Shown here in pieces: positions 38,345-48,656 of a stretch of DNA of 64,000 nt. Position 1 is the first letter of the stretch. Each line of letters opens with the position of its first letter. This stretch comes from a virus. Its lineage: Duplodnaviria; Heunggongvirae; Uroviricota; Caudoviricetes. Location of the stretch: the IMG/VR virus record IMGVR_UViG_2778261505_000002; one strand, 5' to 3'. The notes below the pieces were generated by a model. That model saw only the letters and a program-made list of their open reading frames with translations. It made no database searches and was not told the DNA's origin. A program made the position numbers and the translations under genes.

Positions 38345-38375
38345 GGGCCACTATATTTAGTGGCCCTCTTTATTT
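38345..38375 (+). terminator. Rho-independent terminator
   Basis: GGGCCACTA-TATT-TAGTGGCCC followed by TCTTTATTT. Confidence 0.6.
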
Positions 38376-38383
38376 GGTGATAC

Positions 38384-40699
38384 ATGATAAGCATCGTAAA
38401 ACGTAACGGCCAAACAGAGCCGTTATCCGAAGAAAAATACAACCGCGTCGTAATGTATGGCGTAGAAGGCATTCGTGGTGTAAGCGCATCCGCTGTAGCA
38501 ATGGGAGCTGCGGCCAGCATTTTTGATGGGATGACCACCAGCCAGTTGCATGAGGCTTTGGTTAAATCTGCCGCTGATTTGATCTCACCAGAAGCACCAA
38601 ATTACTCACAGGTGGCTGCCCGCCTGAACATTTTTAAAATCCGCAAAGATGCCTTCGGTCGTTACGACTATCCGAACTTCTACCAACACATTGTCAAGAA
38701 CGTTAACAAGGGCGTTTATGACAAGGATTTGCTGACACATTATTCGTTTGAAGAGATCGAAGAACTCGGCAATTACATTAAGCCTAAACGTGACGATCTT
38801 TTTGGCTATGCAGCTACGGTGCAGTTGCAAAGCAAATACCTCGTTCAAAACCGTGTTACTGGTGAGATTCATGAGGGGCCGCAACATATCTATATGCTGG
38901 TAGGCATGTGTCTGTTCCAGAATTGGGAAGACGACTGCGCTGGCAAAACACGTATGGAGATGGTCAAAGGTTTCTATGACGTTACAAGTACGTTCAAACT
39001 GTCTCTGCCCACACCAATCATGGCCGGCGTCCGTACTCCAACCCGTCAGTTCTCCAGTTGTGTGCTGATTGAGTCTGGCGATAGTCTGAAAGGGATTAGT
39101 GCAGCTTCAGCCGCAATTATCGACTACGTTTCACGTCGTGCTGGAATTGGTATTGGTTTTGGCCGTATCCGTGCGCTGGGCAGCGAGATCCGCAATGGTG
39201 AAGCCACCCATACCGGAGTTATTCCATTCCTGAAGCATTTCCAGACAGCTGTTAAATCTTGTTCGCAAGGTGGTGTTCGTGGTGGCGCAGCAACAGCGTT
39301 TTACCCGATCTGGCATCTTGAAGTTGAAAGTCTGCTGGTGGTGAAAAATAACCGTGGTATTGATGAAAACCGCGTTCGCCATCTTGATTACGGCGTCATG
39401 AGTAACCGTCTAATGTACCGTCGACTCGTCAGAAGCGAGAACATCACTCTGTTCAGCCCGCATGATGTGCCTGATATGTACGAAGCCTTCTTCACAGACC
39501 AGGAGCTGTTTGAAAAGCTGTACCATAAATACGAAGCCGATGATTCAATTCGCAAGAAGTCAGTACCTGCCATTGAGCTGTTCTCATCTCTGATGCAGGA
39601 ACGAGCGTCCACGGGCCGAATTTATATTGCGAACGTCGATCATATTAATGAGCATGGCGCTTTCATTCCTGCTCTTGCACCTGTCCGCCAGTCAAACCTG
39701 TGTATGGAGATCACCCTACCCACCCGTCCACTGGCATTTACCGACGACCCGAACGGTGAGATCGCGCTATGCACTTTATCCGCTTTTAACCTCGGAGCCA
39801 TCCGTTCACTGGAGTCTCTTAAAGAGGTGGCGTTCTATGCCGTTGCTGCACTGGATTCGTTACTGGATTATCAAGACTATCCGATGGAGGCAGCCGAAGT
39901 GCCTGCCAAAGCTCGTCGTAGCTTGGGAATTGGTGTAACCAACTTTGCTTATTACCTGGCAAAGAATGGCGTTCGTTATTCTGATACCGCTGGTAATAAA
40001 CTGGTGCATGAAACATTCGAAGCTATCCAGTATTACCTTCTTGATGCCAGCTGCCGACTTGCTGAAGCAAAAGGTGAGTGTGACTGGTTTGAGCAGACCA
40101 AGTACGCAATTGGTCAGTTGCCGATCGACCATTACCGTTCTTCATTAGACGAAAGTGGCGAAACCAACTTTGAGTTAAAGATGCCGTGGGAAGAACTGCG
40201 TGAACGTATTGCAAAATACGGCCTTCGCAACTCCACACTGACGGCACAAATGCCATGCGAGACTTCCAGCCAGATCACTAATTCCACCAACGGCATCGAA
40301 CCGCCTCGTGGCCCGGTGTCGGTGAAATCTTCTAAGGACGGCATCGTTAAGATGGTCGTGCCTGAGTTTGAAAAACTGAAGGAACAGTATGAATACCTGT
40401 GGGATATGCCGGACAACCGCGGCTATCTGACAAAGGTGGCGATCATCCAGAAGTTCTTTGACCAGGCTATTTCAGCCAATACCAACTATGACCCTTCTCG
40501 CTTTGAAGGCGATAAAGTCCCAATGATGACGCTACTGTCAGATTTGCTTCTCGCCTACAAGATGGGAGTTAAAACGCTTTACTACCACAACACCAGAGAT
40601 GGTGCAGGAAAGCGTGATGACGACGAACCGCAGAATCCACTGGCGCAAGCTGTAGCCGTCGAGCCAGAAGATGAGTGCGACGGAGCCTGCAAAATCTGA
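38384..40699 (+). CDS. nrdA: Ribonucleoside-diphosphate reductase alpha subunit (class Ia)
   Basis: 771 aa; collinear and highly similar to enterobacterial NrdA as I recall it (VQNRVTGEI, TRQFSSCVLIE, SNLCMEI, C-terminal CxxC tail). Confidence 0.9.
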   Translation: MISIVKRNGQTEPLSEEKYNRVVMYGVEGIRGVSASAVAMGAAASIFDGMTTSQLHEALVKSAADLISPEAPNYSQVAARLNIFKIRKDAFGRYDYPNFYQHIVKNVNKGVYDKDLLTHYSFEEIEELGNYIKPKRDDLFGYAATVQLQSKYLVQNRVTGEIHEGPQHIYMLVGMCLFQNWEDDCAGKTRMEMVKGFYDVTSTFKLSLPTPIMAGVRTPTRQFSSCVLIESGDSLKGISAASAAIIDYVSRRAGIGIGFGRIRALGSEIRNGEATHTGVIPFLKHFQTAVKSCSQGGVRGGAATAFYPIWHLEVESLLVVKNNRGIDENRVRHLDYGVMSNRLMYRRLVRSENITLFSPHDVPDMYEAFFTDQELFEKLYHKYEADDSIRKKSVPAIELFSSLMQERASTGRIYIANVDHINEHGAFIPALAPVRQSNLCMEITLPTRPLAFTDDPNGEIALCTLSAFNLGAIRSLESLKEVAFYAVAALDSLLDYQDYPMEAAEVPAKARRSLGIGVTNFAYYLAKNGVRYSDTAGNKLVHETFEAIQYYLLDASCRLAEAKGECDWFEQTKYAIGQLPIDHYRSSLDESGETNFELKMPWEELRERIAKYGLRNSTLTAQMPCETSSQITNSTNGIEPPRGPVSVKSSKDGIVKMVVPEFEKLKEQYEYLWDMPDNRGYLTKVAIIQKFFDQAISANTNYDPSRFEGDKVPMMTLLSDLLLAYKMGVKTLYYHNTRDGAGKRDDDEPQNPLAQAVAVEPEDECDGACKI

Positions 40700-40704
40700 C
40701 ATAT

Positions 40705-40733
40705 GGTGGGGGATATCCCCACCTTCTCTTTGA
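40705..40733 (+). terminator. Rho-independent terminator
   Basis: GGTGGGGGAT-ATCCCCACC hairpin followed by T-rich tract. Confidence 0.55.
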
Positions 40734-40805
40734 TTTGTAAGCCTTGTTTAAACACATAAGATAACAACTTGTTTAAACGCACCAAAAAAGAAAAAGGAAA
40801 AACAC

Positions 40806-41948
40806 ATGTCATATTCAACGTTCCGTTTGGGTGCTAATGATGCAACCAAAGAGCCTATGTTCCTCGGACAATCTGTCAACGTGGCACGTTACGATCAGCA
40901 AAAATACCGTGATTTTGAAAAGTTGATTGAACGTCAATTGTCTTTCTTCTGGCGGCCGGAAGAAGTTGATATTTCGAGCGATCGTATCGACTTCAACACG
41001 AAGCTGCGGGACCACGAACGTCACATTTTTCTGAGCAATCTCCGTTATCAAACGTTACTCGATTCAGTTCAGGGACGTAGTCCAAATGCAACGCTGCTGC
41101 CGCTTATCTCTATTCCTGAACTGGAAACGTGGGTTGAAACGTGGTCTTTCTCTGAGACTATCCATAGCCGCAGCTACACCCACATTATTCGTGGCATGGT
41201 GGACGATCCGAGCATTGTTTTTGACGGTATTGTTACGGATGAAGAAATCATCAACCGAGCGATCAGTATCTCTGCTGAATATGACAGGCTTTATGGGATG
41301 ACCTGCGAGCGCCAGTCGTTAGGTGAGAAGGAATTTGAGCGTCTGTACGTAAATGAATATGGCTGGGAGCCATACCCTTTGCATCGTCAGCTTTTCCGCA
41401 CGTTGGTGTCCATTAATGCGCTTGAGGCGATCCGTTTCTACGTAAGTTTTGCATGTACGTTTGCCTTTGGTGAACGGAAGTTGCTTGAGGGTAACACCAA
41501 AATTATGCGCTTTATTGCCCGTGATGAAGCTCTGCATTGCGAAGGAACTGAACGCATGATCCGCTTCATGCGTACCGGTCGCGAAGGTTTATTGTGGAAA
41601 GAGATTGCTGCTGATGAAGAAAACGTCATTTACGACACCATGAAATCAGTCGCCGAACAAGAAATGAACTGGGCAGACTATCTCTTCAAAGACGGTTCGA
41701 TGATTGGTTTAAACGCGGATATTCTCAAAACCTATGTAAAATACCGCACCAATCTGGCTATGAATCGTCTTGGCCTGAAGGCTTTATTTCCAGAAGTTAC
41801 CACTGATCCGCTGGTCTGGATGAACAAGTGGTTGTTAACCGACACACTGCAAATTGCGCCACAAGAGGCAGAGCAAAGCACATATCTGGTAGGTCAGATC
41901 GATTCTACCGTGGATAAGGCTTCTCTAAGCCAGTTTGCAGACCTGTAA
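40806..41948 (+). CDS. nrdB: Ribonucleoside-diphosphate reductase beta subunit (class Ia)
   Basis: 380 aa; collinear with enterobacterial NrdB ([41 protein letters not shown]). Confidence 0.9.
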   Translation: MSYSTFRLGANDATKEPMFLGQSVNVARYDQQKYRDFEKLIERQLSFFWRPEEVDISSDRIDFNTKLRDHERHIFLSNLRYQTLLDSVQGRSPNATLLPLISIPELETWVETWSFSETIHSRSYTHIIRGMVDDPSIVFDGIVTDEEIINRAISISAEYDRLYGMTCERQSLGEKEFERLYVNEYGWEPYPLHRQLFRTLVSINALEAIRFYVSFACTFAFGERKLLEGNTKIMRFIARDEALHCEGTERMIRFMRTGREGLLWKEIAADEENVIYDTMKSVAEQEMNWADYLFKDGSMIGLNADILKTYVKYRTNLAMNRLGLKALFPEVTTDPLVWMNKWLLTDTLQIAPQEAEQSTYLVGQIDSTVDKASLSQFADL

Positions 41949-42025
41949 ACCGATACAAAGCATTATATGGCCTGGCAACGCTGGGCCACAATGGATCACA
42001 AGAATTAAGAAGGAGCAAAACTAGC

Positions 42026-42895
42026 ATGAACTTTACCAAACTGACTGACCACCTGAAACTTGCCACCGATCGACTCATTGGATTTAAGCCAGAACCATAT
42101 GAGTTGCATGAAGGCCATGGTGTAGCCACTGAAAGTATTTACAAGATGGTCGATCAGTTTCATGAACTCTTCCAGCATCCGAGACGCGTTATGCCGACAC
42201 CAGAGCTGCTTCGTCTCCGTGCAAGCCTGATTCATGAAGAAGCTGTAGTGGAAGGTATTCCAGCCGCAATGAATGGGGATATTGAGCAACTGCTGGATGC
42301 AATGGCCGACTTTTTATACGTTGGTGTTGGTACGATGGTCGCCATCAAAGGTGGTATTTCTACCGGCATGACTTATTACACGCAGGAACAGAGCATTGAT
42401 CGCTTTATGCAGACAATTTTTGTGCCTGGTAACACTGTTTTCGATGATATGGCAATGCCATTTCAGGAAGCTCGTGAGGCGTCATGTATGCTCGAAGAGC
42501 TGGCAGATAAACTTGAGAAGAAGACTGTTAAGGATTCTGAGCTGATTCAGGAACTGCGCCGTGTAATGAACAAAATCTATGTGGCGTGCATGATGACTTA
42601 TCGACTGGCTGATTTTCTCGGTATCAATGTCGTCGAGCTGGTTGGCGAAATTCATCGGTCCAACATGACAAAATTATGGCCTGCAGATGCCGAAGAGCGT
42701 CGCCATGCTGTGGCCAACTGCAAATACGACTCTTCTGACCTGGGATTTCGCCATGCTGATGGCACCGATAAGATGATCGGTTTTCGAATTTCCGATGGAA
42801 AGATTCTGAAGTCTCCAACCTATAGTGATGTCGATTTATCCTCCTTTGTTGAGCAAGCTAAAGCCTCAGCAATGTACGGAATGATCAAAAAATAA
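42026..42895 (+). CDS. Hypothetical protein; possible MazG/HisE-like nucleotide pyrophosphohydrolase
   Basis: 289 aa; acidic helix pairs IHEEAVVEG ... DIEQLLDAMADF loosely fit the MazG-type ExxE...ExxD pattern. Confidence 0.35.
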   Translation: MNFTKLTDHLKLATDRLIGFKPEPYELHEGHGVATESIYKMVDQFHELFQHPRRVMPTPELLRLRASLIHEEAVVEGIPAAMNGDIEQLLDAMADFLYVGVGTMVAIKGGISTGMTYYTQEQSIDRFMQTIFVPGNTVFDDMAMPFQEAREASCMLEELADKLEKKTVKDSELIQELRRVMNKIYVACMMTYRLADFLGINVVELVGEIHRSNMTKLWPADAEERRHAVANCKYDSSDLGFRHADGTDKMIGFRISDGKILKSPTYSDVDLSSFVEQAKASAMYGMIKK

Positions 42896-42964
42896 TTGTA
42901 GGTAGTTATCTATCTGTGTATATTGCGCTGGCGCGTTAAATTTCTGAAACAACTATTCGTTTTT

Positions 42965-42990
42965 GGTGGCCTATGGCCACCATTTTTTTA
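42965..42990 (+). terminator. Rho-independent terminator
   Basis: GGTGGCC-TAT-GGCCACC followed by TTTTTTT. Confidence 0.7.
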
Positions 42991-43039
42991 TCTGTCTGGT
43001 CTTGTTCTCTCAATAAATGTAAACTCACGCAATGAATAA

Positions 43040-44170
43040 GTGGTTACTTATCTTTGTGAGGTTTTTGTGTCACTCCTTTTGAATCGTGAGCATACGAACG
43101 GTCAGGTAACAAACGCATCGTATGCAAAAGTTATTGAGACGGTGCTTAAAAGCGGCGTGCAGGCTGATGATCGCACAGGCACTGGTACTTTAAGCACCTG
43201 CTACGTTCCCTCTTACTACATGCTTACTGGTGGGACTGTGCCGCTTATTTCTGGAAAGGCGGTAAATCTTAAGCCACTGCTTGTCGAACTTGAGTGGTAT
43301 CTGAAAGGCACGGGCAACATCCAATTTCTCAAGGATAACGGCGTTAAGATTTGGGATGCATGGGCCGATGAGAATGGCGATTTGGGGCCGGTTTACGGTA
43401 AGCAGTGGCGTCGATGGGAAGATACCCGCATCGTGAGCCATAGTGAATATCTGAGCAAGATCGCTACTTTCCGTGAACGCGGGTACAAAGTCGAGGGATA
43501 CCTGGGTATCAGTGAAGATCGCGTAGTGCTGTCCCGTGAAATCGATCAGCTACAGCGTATTGTCGATACACTGCGCACGAACCCTACCGATCGTCGCATC
43601 ATGCTTAACGCATGGAACGTAGGCGAGCTTGAGGATATGAAACTGCCACCTTGCCACTTTGTCTTCTCTTTGTGGAGTCGTGAACTGGATTTTGAAACCC
43701 GTTTAACGATGGCAACTGACATTGGTCTTCAACACAGTCGCCTCGGTTACGAGTCTATCTACACCAAGATGCTATACGATCTGGAGATGGACGGCAGTGT
43801 TACTGAAACTGAACTGGATGAACTTGGAATCCCCAAACGCATCCTCAACTCCTGCCTCGTACAGCGTAGCGTAGACACTTTTGTTGGTATGCCATTCAAT
43901 ATTGCTGGCTATGGCATTCTCACTCATTTTCTCGCGAAGATTACGGGTCACATGGCCGGTGCATTTGTGCATTTTGGCTTTGACGTGCATTTGTACAACA
44001 ACCACATGGAAGGTGTGTGTGAGCTAATGCAACGACAGGCTCCAGAGCATTCAGATCCGGTCGTTATATTCCCTAATGAATGGTCTGAGCTGGATGATTT
44101 CAAATGGGACGAGATTCTTATTCTTGGCTATGCCCCTCTACCGTGGATCAAGGTTCCAGTGGCGGTGTGA
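43040..44170 (+). CDS. thyA: Thymidylate synthase (ThyA family) with two internal insertions; start uncertain
   Basis: DRTGTGTLS, WADENGDLGPVYGKQWR, RRIMLNAWNVGELEDMKLPPCH, MPFNIAGY; ~30-aa and ~50-aa insertions relative to E. coli ThyA; track start is GTG 43040, alternative GTG 43067. Confidence 0.85.
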   Translation: MVTYLCEVFVSLLLNREHTNGQVTNASYAKVIETVLKSGVQADDRTGTGTLSTCYVPSYYMLTGGTVPLISGKAVNLKPLLVELEWYLKGTGNIQFLKDNGVKIWDAWADENGDLGPVYGKQWRRWEDTRIVSHSEYLSKIATFRERGYKVEGYLGISEDRVVLSREIDQLQRIVDTLRTNPTDRRIMLNAWNVGELEDMKLPPCHFVFSLWSRELDFETRLTMATDIGLQHSRLGYESIYTKMLYDLEMDGSVTETELDELGIPKRILNSCLVQRSVDTFVGMPFNIAGYGILTHFLAKITGHMAGAFVHFGFDVHLYNNHMEGVCELMQRQAPEHSDPVVIFPNEWSELDDFKWDEILILGYAPLPWIKVPVAV

Positions 44171-44171
44171 T

Positions 44172-44585
44172 ATGGCAAGAGGTATGTATGTCTTATGCGA
44201 AATTGAAGGTGTGCTGGCAAATACCAGCCATCGTAAATCTGTATCTGACTCGGATGCAGGCCAATTCATTGCCGGTGATGAACTCATTTTCCCCACCAGC
44301 CGTATGTTGCGTGGTTTTGCTCGCTCAGGGGCTGAAGTGGTGCTTATCAGTAGCCGCTCTGAAACTCTTGAAGCGCCCACTAAACGATGGCTGAAAGATT
44401 TTGGTGTTGATTACGACTGGCTTCACCTCGTACCGAATAGCACTAGTTATGAGAAGCATATTAAGCGCACATTAGCGGAGCATAAAGGCGATCTGCTTAT
44501 CGCTGCGCTGGTGCACGATCCTCGACTCCGTGCCGCTTTAGCTGACTCTCATCATAGACCGGTCATCTATGAGGTGAGCAAATGA
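44172..44585 (+). CDS. Hypothetical protein
   Basis: Track ORF 44076..44585 overlaps thyA; first ATG after thyA stop at 44172. Confidence 0.4.
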   Translation: MARGMYVLCEIEGVLANTSHRKSVSDSDAGQFIAGDELIFPTSRMLRGFARSGAEVVLISSRSETLEAPTKRWLKDFGVDYDWLHLVPNSTSYEKHIKRTLAEHKGDLLIAALVHDPRLRAALADSHHRPVIYEVSK

Positions 44586-45058
44586 AGATGATAGCTGCTG
44601 TTGGCCGTAACTATGAGATCGGCATAGCGAACGAACTGCCCTGGCGTTGTTCTACCGATCTGAAGCTATTTAAGAGACTCACCAAAAACGCCACTGTCGT
44701 TATGGGGCGTAAAACGATGGAAAGTCTCAAACGCCCTCTTCCAGAGCGTCATAACCTCGTTTTGACGCGCTCTCATGGCTTTGTACCAAATGGATTCTAC
44801 CCTGCTGGTGTGGATGATGTGTTGCGATTACCAGAGCCTGTGTGGGTGATTGGCGGGGAACAAATTTACTCGCTATTCATGCCGCATGTTGAAGAGATTT
44901 GGCTCTCCCACATCGGCGTTGATGTGCCAAACGCCGATGCATTCTTCCCGGCAAGCATGATGCGTAATTTAGGCTTTGTGCCTGTTGAAACAGCTTATAC
45001 CCAACGAGCCAGCGAGGAAGAGCCTGGCTTTTCGCAGATCGTATACAGAAGGTCGTAA
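44582..45058 (+). CDS. Dihydrofolate reductase
   Basis: 158 aa; IAAVGRNYEIG, LPW, VVMGRKT and VIGG segments align with FolA-type DHFR. Confidence 0.8.
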   Translation: MKMIAAVGRNYEIGIANELPWRCSTDLKLFKRLTKNATVVMGRKTMESLKRPLPERHNLVLTRSHGFVPNGFYPAGVDDVLRLPEPVWVIGGEQIYSLFMPHVEEIWLSHIGVDVPNADAFFPASMMRNLGFVPVETAYTQRASEEEPGFSQIVYRRS

Positions 45059-45702
45059 TGGATTACCGGATTGGGATCACTGGTGCTCAGGGCAGTGGGA
45101 AAACAACCCTGGCTAAATATATCGACAAACATTACGGAATCCCTTACGTGGATGCTGGTGTCGGAAGTTTGATGAGCCGCCTCGGTGTTCGAGTAAGTGA
45201 TTCTATGCCTCTATATGAGCGGCTTCAGATTCAAATGGAAATAGCAAAGCATATAGAGCTACTTACGCGTGGTGCTGAAGGCTTTGTTATCGATCGCACA
45301 CCTGCTGATGTTATGGCCTACACGTTGGATTTGGTCGGCCATACAAATGAAGATCGGTGTATTGAGTTAGCCCTCGATATCGAAAAGTTTTGCCACAAAA
45401 CTGCTATTTCAAACTTTAACGCCATTGCTGGCCTACGCCCGGGGGTCGCTCTCTCAGAGCGAGATTACTTGCGGTCACAACGAGCATCATTAGACCGTCT
45501 GTATGTCGCTCGTATTGATGCGTTGATGTGCGGGGAACTGACAAAAATTCACCTGCATCCGCAAAGGGGAGATCTGCAAACCTTCGTCGTTTCCAACCGG
45601 TATCGCACAGTTGAAGCAAGAGCCAGATCAGTGATGAGAATGCTAGATAACGCTGTAGAAAAGATAGAAAACCGGTTCTGTGGCCGAGTGACCGTTCATT
45701 AG
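45058..45702 (+). CDS. P-loop nucleotide kinase-like protein (dNMP kinase candidate)
   Basis: 214 aa; N-terminal Walker A ITGAQGSGKTTLA; FVIDRTPAD downstream. Confidence 0.5.
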   Translation: MDYRIGITGAQGSGKTTLAKYIDKHYGIPYVDAGVGSLMSRLGVRVSDSMPLYERLQIQMEIAKHIELLTRGAEGFVIDRTPADVMAYTLDLVGHTNEDRCIELALDIEKFCHKTAISNFNAIAGLRPGVALSERDYLRSQRASLDRLYVARIDALMCGELTKIHLHPQRGDLQTFVVSNRYRTVEARARSVMRMLDNAVEKIENRFCGRVTVH

Positions 45703-45763
45703 AAATTGTTCGCCTCTTCGACATTGCGACAATAAAACTCTCAAAATGGGTTAAGGATAAAAA

Positions 45764-46183
45764 ATGTTTAGTGAAATGTTGCTTGAAGATGAACTGGATC
45801 GGAAAACAACAGAGGCTTTGATTCGTGTAGCGGACGAACATTCCCGGTCGCTTATGAGCGATCGAGAGGCTCGTCTGGCTATTCGTGCCATATTCGAAAC
45901 TGCGCAGGGGCTTGTTGGTACACAAGTGGGTGAAGCCATTAACATCGCCATGTCTCAGTTCAGTGAAGGCAGTAAAAAGCCTCTGTTTCCTATGCATTTG
46001 ATGCTGGCTGGTGGCACGGTGCTTTATATCTCTGTTTGTCTGGATAGCAACCAAATCAATATTCTCAACACTGTGTCAGGTAAGTGGAAAGATCCGATTG
46101 TCTGTGAAACCAGTGAAGAAACTTTGAAAAAAGCGGCTCAATTTGTACGTAGCGCACTACTTAAGGGCGCTAAGAAGTTGTAA
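45764..46183 (+). CDS. Hypothetical protein
   Basis: 139-aa ORF; no recognisable motif. Confidence 0.45.
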   Translation: MFSEMLLEDELDRKTTEALIRVADEHSRSLMSDREARLAIRAIFETAQGLVGTQVGEAINIAMSQFSEGSKKPLFPMHLMLAGGTVLYISVCLDSNQINILNTVSGKWKDPIVCETSEETLKKAAQFVRSALLKGAKKL

Positions 46184-46192
46184 GGAGTTCTG

Positions 46193-46750
46193 ATGACAAC
46201 GATTGTTGCAGGCATCGATATCGAGTCTACGGGACTGGATTTCCTTGCTGGTCATAAAATTATTGAAATCGCAATTACCCGCTATGAACTGGAGACACAG
46301 AGACATATTGATAGTCTGGAGATGCGTTTTAACCCTCGCAGAAACATAGATCCGAAAGCTCAAGCCGTTCATGGCATTTCATTGGAACAGCTCGCAGCTG
46401 AACCTTTGTTGTCAAATCATGCCAGCGAAATTGGCGCTTATATGGGGGCATGTAGTGTGTGGGTTGCTCATAACGGCGAAGCATTTGATATACCATTTAT
46501 TCGACACGAGTTTTCAGGGTATGGAGTAAGACTGCCAGAAGTTCCTGTTATAGATACTATGTTATCGGGATTTTGGGCCACAGAAGACGGTAAACGTCCC
46601 CGCCTTGAAGAGTTGGCCTTCTCTCTTGGCTTTATATACGATCATGCCAAAGCACATAGTGCCTTATATGACACAAACTTAATGATGCAATGCTTCTTTA
46701 AGGCACGTAATAAGTACGGATTTTTTAAATTACCCTCTGAAATTGTGTAA
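46193..46750 (+). CDS. DnaQ-like DEDDh 3'-5' exonuclease
   Basis: 185 aa; Exo I GIDIESTGL, Exo II VAHNGEAFDIPF, Exo III HSALYD. Confidence 0.75.
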   Translation: MTTIVAGIDIESTGLDFLAGHKIIEIAITRYELETQRHIDSLEMRFNPRRNIDPKAQAVHGISLEQLAAEPLLSNHASEIGAYMGACSVWVAHNGEAFDIPFIRHEFSGYGVRLPEVPVIDTMLSGFWATEDGKRPRLEELAFSLGFIYDHAKAHSALYDTNLMMQCFFKARNKYGFFKLPSEIV

Positions 46751-46754
46751 AACA

Positions 46755-46793
46755 AAAGCCTACTTTAAAAAGTTTAAAGTAGGCTTTCTTTTA
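46755..46793 (+). terminator. Rho-independent terminator
   Basis: AAAGCCTACTTTAAA ... TTTAAAGTAGGCTTT long hairpin followed by CTTTT. Confidence 0.65.
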
Positions 46794-46908
46794 AAGAACA
46801 GTCGCCTTTCAATCATTTCCTGCCTGTATTTAATACTTTTCCGCCTGATAGGTTTAGTCAAAATGCAGCCATCGAAACGCAAATGTAACCAAACAGAAGG
46901 AGACTTAC

Positions 46909-47718
46909 ATGAGTTCGGTTGAAAATGTAATGACAAATGATGATCTGGACGAGCTGACAGCCATGTTGCAATCACTTGATGAACCAGTAAAAAAAGCTGC
47001 ACAGGTTGAAAATACTGATGATATTGACGATCTGCTGCTCGGCCTAGATGCTGGCGTAGCCATGAGTTCTGATGATGTTGCCGAAGAACTGTTCAATGAA
47101 GAAAAAGCAGGTGATTTCAGCTCTGCTTTAAATGAGTTGGAGTTAGCGCATGAGCCTATAAACGTAATTAACGCTGAAAGTGTTGAAGCTGCCGAAAACG
47201 AGCCAGAACAATTGGGATTTATTGAGGTTGAAGAGTGTGTTGAGGTTAATGATGAATTAAAAGTTCAACAGTCAAATGATAGCAATACAAATAAAAAAGC
47301 TCGTACTGCAAGAGGTCCTCGTTTTACTTTAAGTGATAAAGATGATTCGTTTTTCAATAAAGCGGGCTTAGAAAAAGATATTTTCTTAGACGCTTACGAT
47401 AACGCGCCTGTCAAAGCAAAGGATAAGATATTAAACCTTCTTAATTGGTTTAGCGGAGGTCCAGATATTAGTGTTTACACGGTAATTTCCATGAGACACC
47501 TTCTCACAGAAAAGAAGGCTACAAGTAATAGTATTAAGATTGCTTTAATGAGCAATCCAGAAAAACCGTATCCGCTTAATACTGCGTCAACTCAGGCTGG
47601 GCAAATGATGGCTGTATTTCCAGCGACAGGAATTGCCGTTAGAGACGGTGGAAATCTAACATTGAACGAAGAATCACCGATCGTTAAGAAGTTTGTCGCG
47701 GAGTACACTATTGGATGA
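46909..47718 (+). CDS. Hypothetical protein with strongly acidic N-terminal half
   Basis: 269 aa; first ~110 residues are D/E-rich. Confidence 0.45.
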   Translation: MSSVENVMTNDDLDELTAMLQSLDEPVKKAAQVENTDDIDDLLLGLDAGVAMSSDDVAEELFNEEKAGDFSSALNELELAHEPINVINAESVEAAENEPEQLGFIEVEECVEVNDELKVQQSNDSNTNKKARTARGPRFTLSDKDDSFFNKAGLEKDIFLDAYDNAPVKAKDKILNLLNWFSGGPDISVYTVISMRHLLTEKKATSNSIKIALMSNPEKPYPLNTASTQAGQMMAVFPATGIAVRDGGNLTLNEESPIVKKFVAEYTIG

Positions 47719-47901
47719 CGTTCCCCTACTTAAAATAAAGCCCATAGAGAGCTTTATAGTACTGGGTAAGCCAATCACATACCCAGCACCACAAAAACGC
47801 GCTAGAGAGCTTCTCGTTTGCATTTCTGGCGCGTTTTATTTGATTGCCAGACATAAAATCAAATGCAAAAATAGGTATATACTTACCTATCGAGAAAGAA
47901 G

Positions 47902-48495
47902 ATGATTGCAGCCGAAAAAATCAAACAGCGAAAGCGCGACAACTCTCTTCGTGACCTCTGGAGAACACCTGACTGGCTGTTTTCTGCCATTCAACGTTAT
48001 CTTGGAGTGACATTTGATGTTGACGTTGCCTGCAACAAGGACAATGCAAAGCTGCCTAATTTCATAGGCGTTGAGCGTGATGCTTTGAAATCTGAATGGG
48101 GACAGCCAGGTACAATTGCCTTCCTCAATCCACCCTACTCCAAAATCTACCCCTGGATTGATGCGGCTATACGTGAGCAGGCTCGCGGAGTTACAACAGT
48201 GATGCTAATTCCTCAATCCCTAGATACAAAGTGGTATGAGCGTGCAACAGAGTGTGCGAATGAGACGATTATTCTGTCTGGTGGCCGCGTAGCGTTTGTC
48301 GAGCCTGACGTAAATCTGGGGCAGGTAGAAGTAAACATCAACCCAGGTGGCAGTATGCTCGTTGTTTTTCGAGGATTCTGTCAGGACGCTGGGCACTCTA
48401 TAAGCAAGATCCCTTTGGACGTCATGAAAAGTCTGGGAGGGTATGATCCTGCGAATGTGATCAGGAAAAAAAGACCATCAAAGAAGGCTGCTTAG
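47902..48495 (+). CDS. DNA N6-adenine methyltransferase (phage Dam-like, orphan)
   Basis: 197 aa; WRTPDWLF N-terminal motif and catalytic NPPYS; no adjacent restriction endonuclease gene. Confidence 0.75.
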   Translation: MIAAEKIKQRKRDNSLRDLWRTPDWLFSAIQRYLGVTFDVDVACNKDNAKLPNFIGVERDALKSEWGQPGTIAFLNPPYSKIYPWIDAAIREQARGVTTVMLIPQSLDTKWYERATECANETIILSGGRVAFVEPDVNLGQVEVNINPGGSMLVVFRGFCQDAGHSISKIPLDVMKSLGGYDPANVIRKKRPSKKAA

Positions 48496-48527
48496 TTTGT
48501 TCTGGCGTCTGTAATTAGCCTGCTTCT

Positions 48528-48584
48528 GTATATATAAATAACTACATATTAATTATTAATATACGGAAGAAGGCTGTTTTGTAT
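48528..48584. repeat. Long hairpin element, copy 2 (homolog of 2584..2638)
   Basis: GCCTGCTTCTGTATATAT ... ATATACGGAAGAAGGC imperfect inverted repeat around an AT-rich loop; followed by GTTTTG. Confidence 0.6.
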
Positions 48585-48656
48585 CAGAGACTCCAGACCT
48601 GAACATCACTACAGAATCCACTAGAACCCCTTCCCAGACGCTTTAAAATCGATTTT

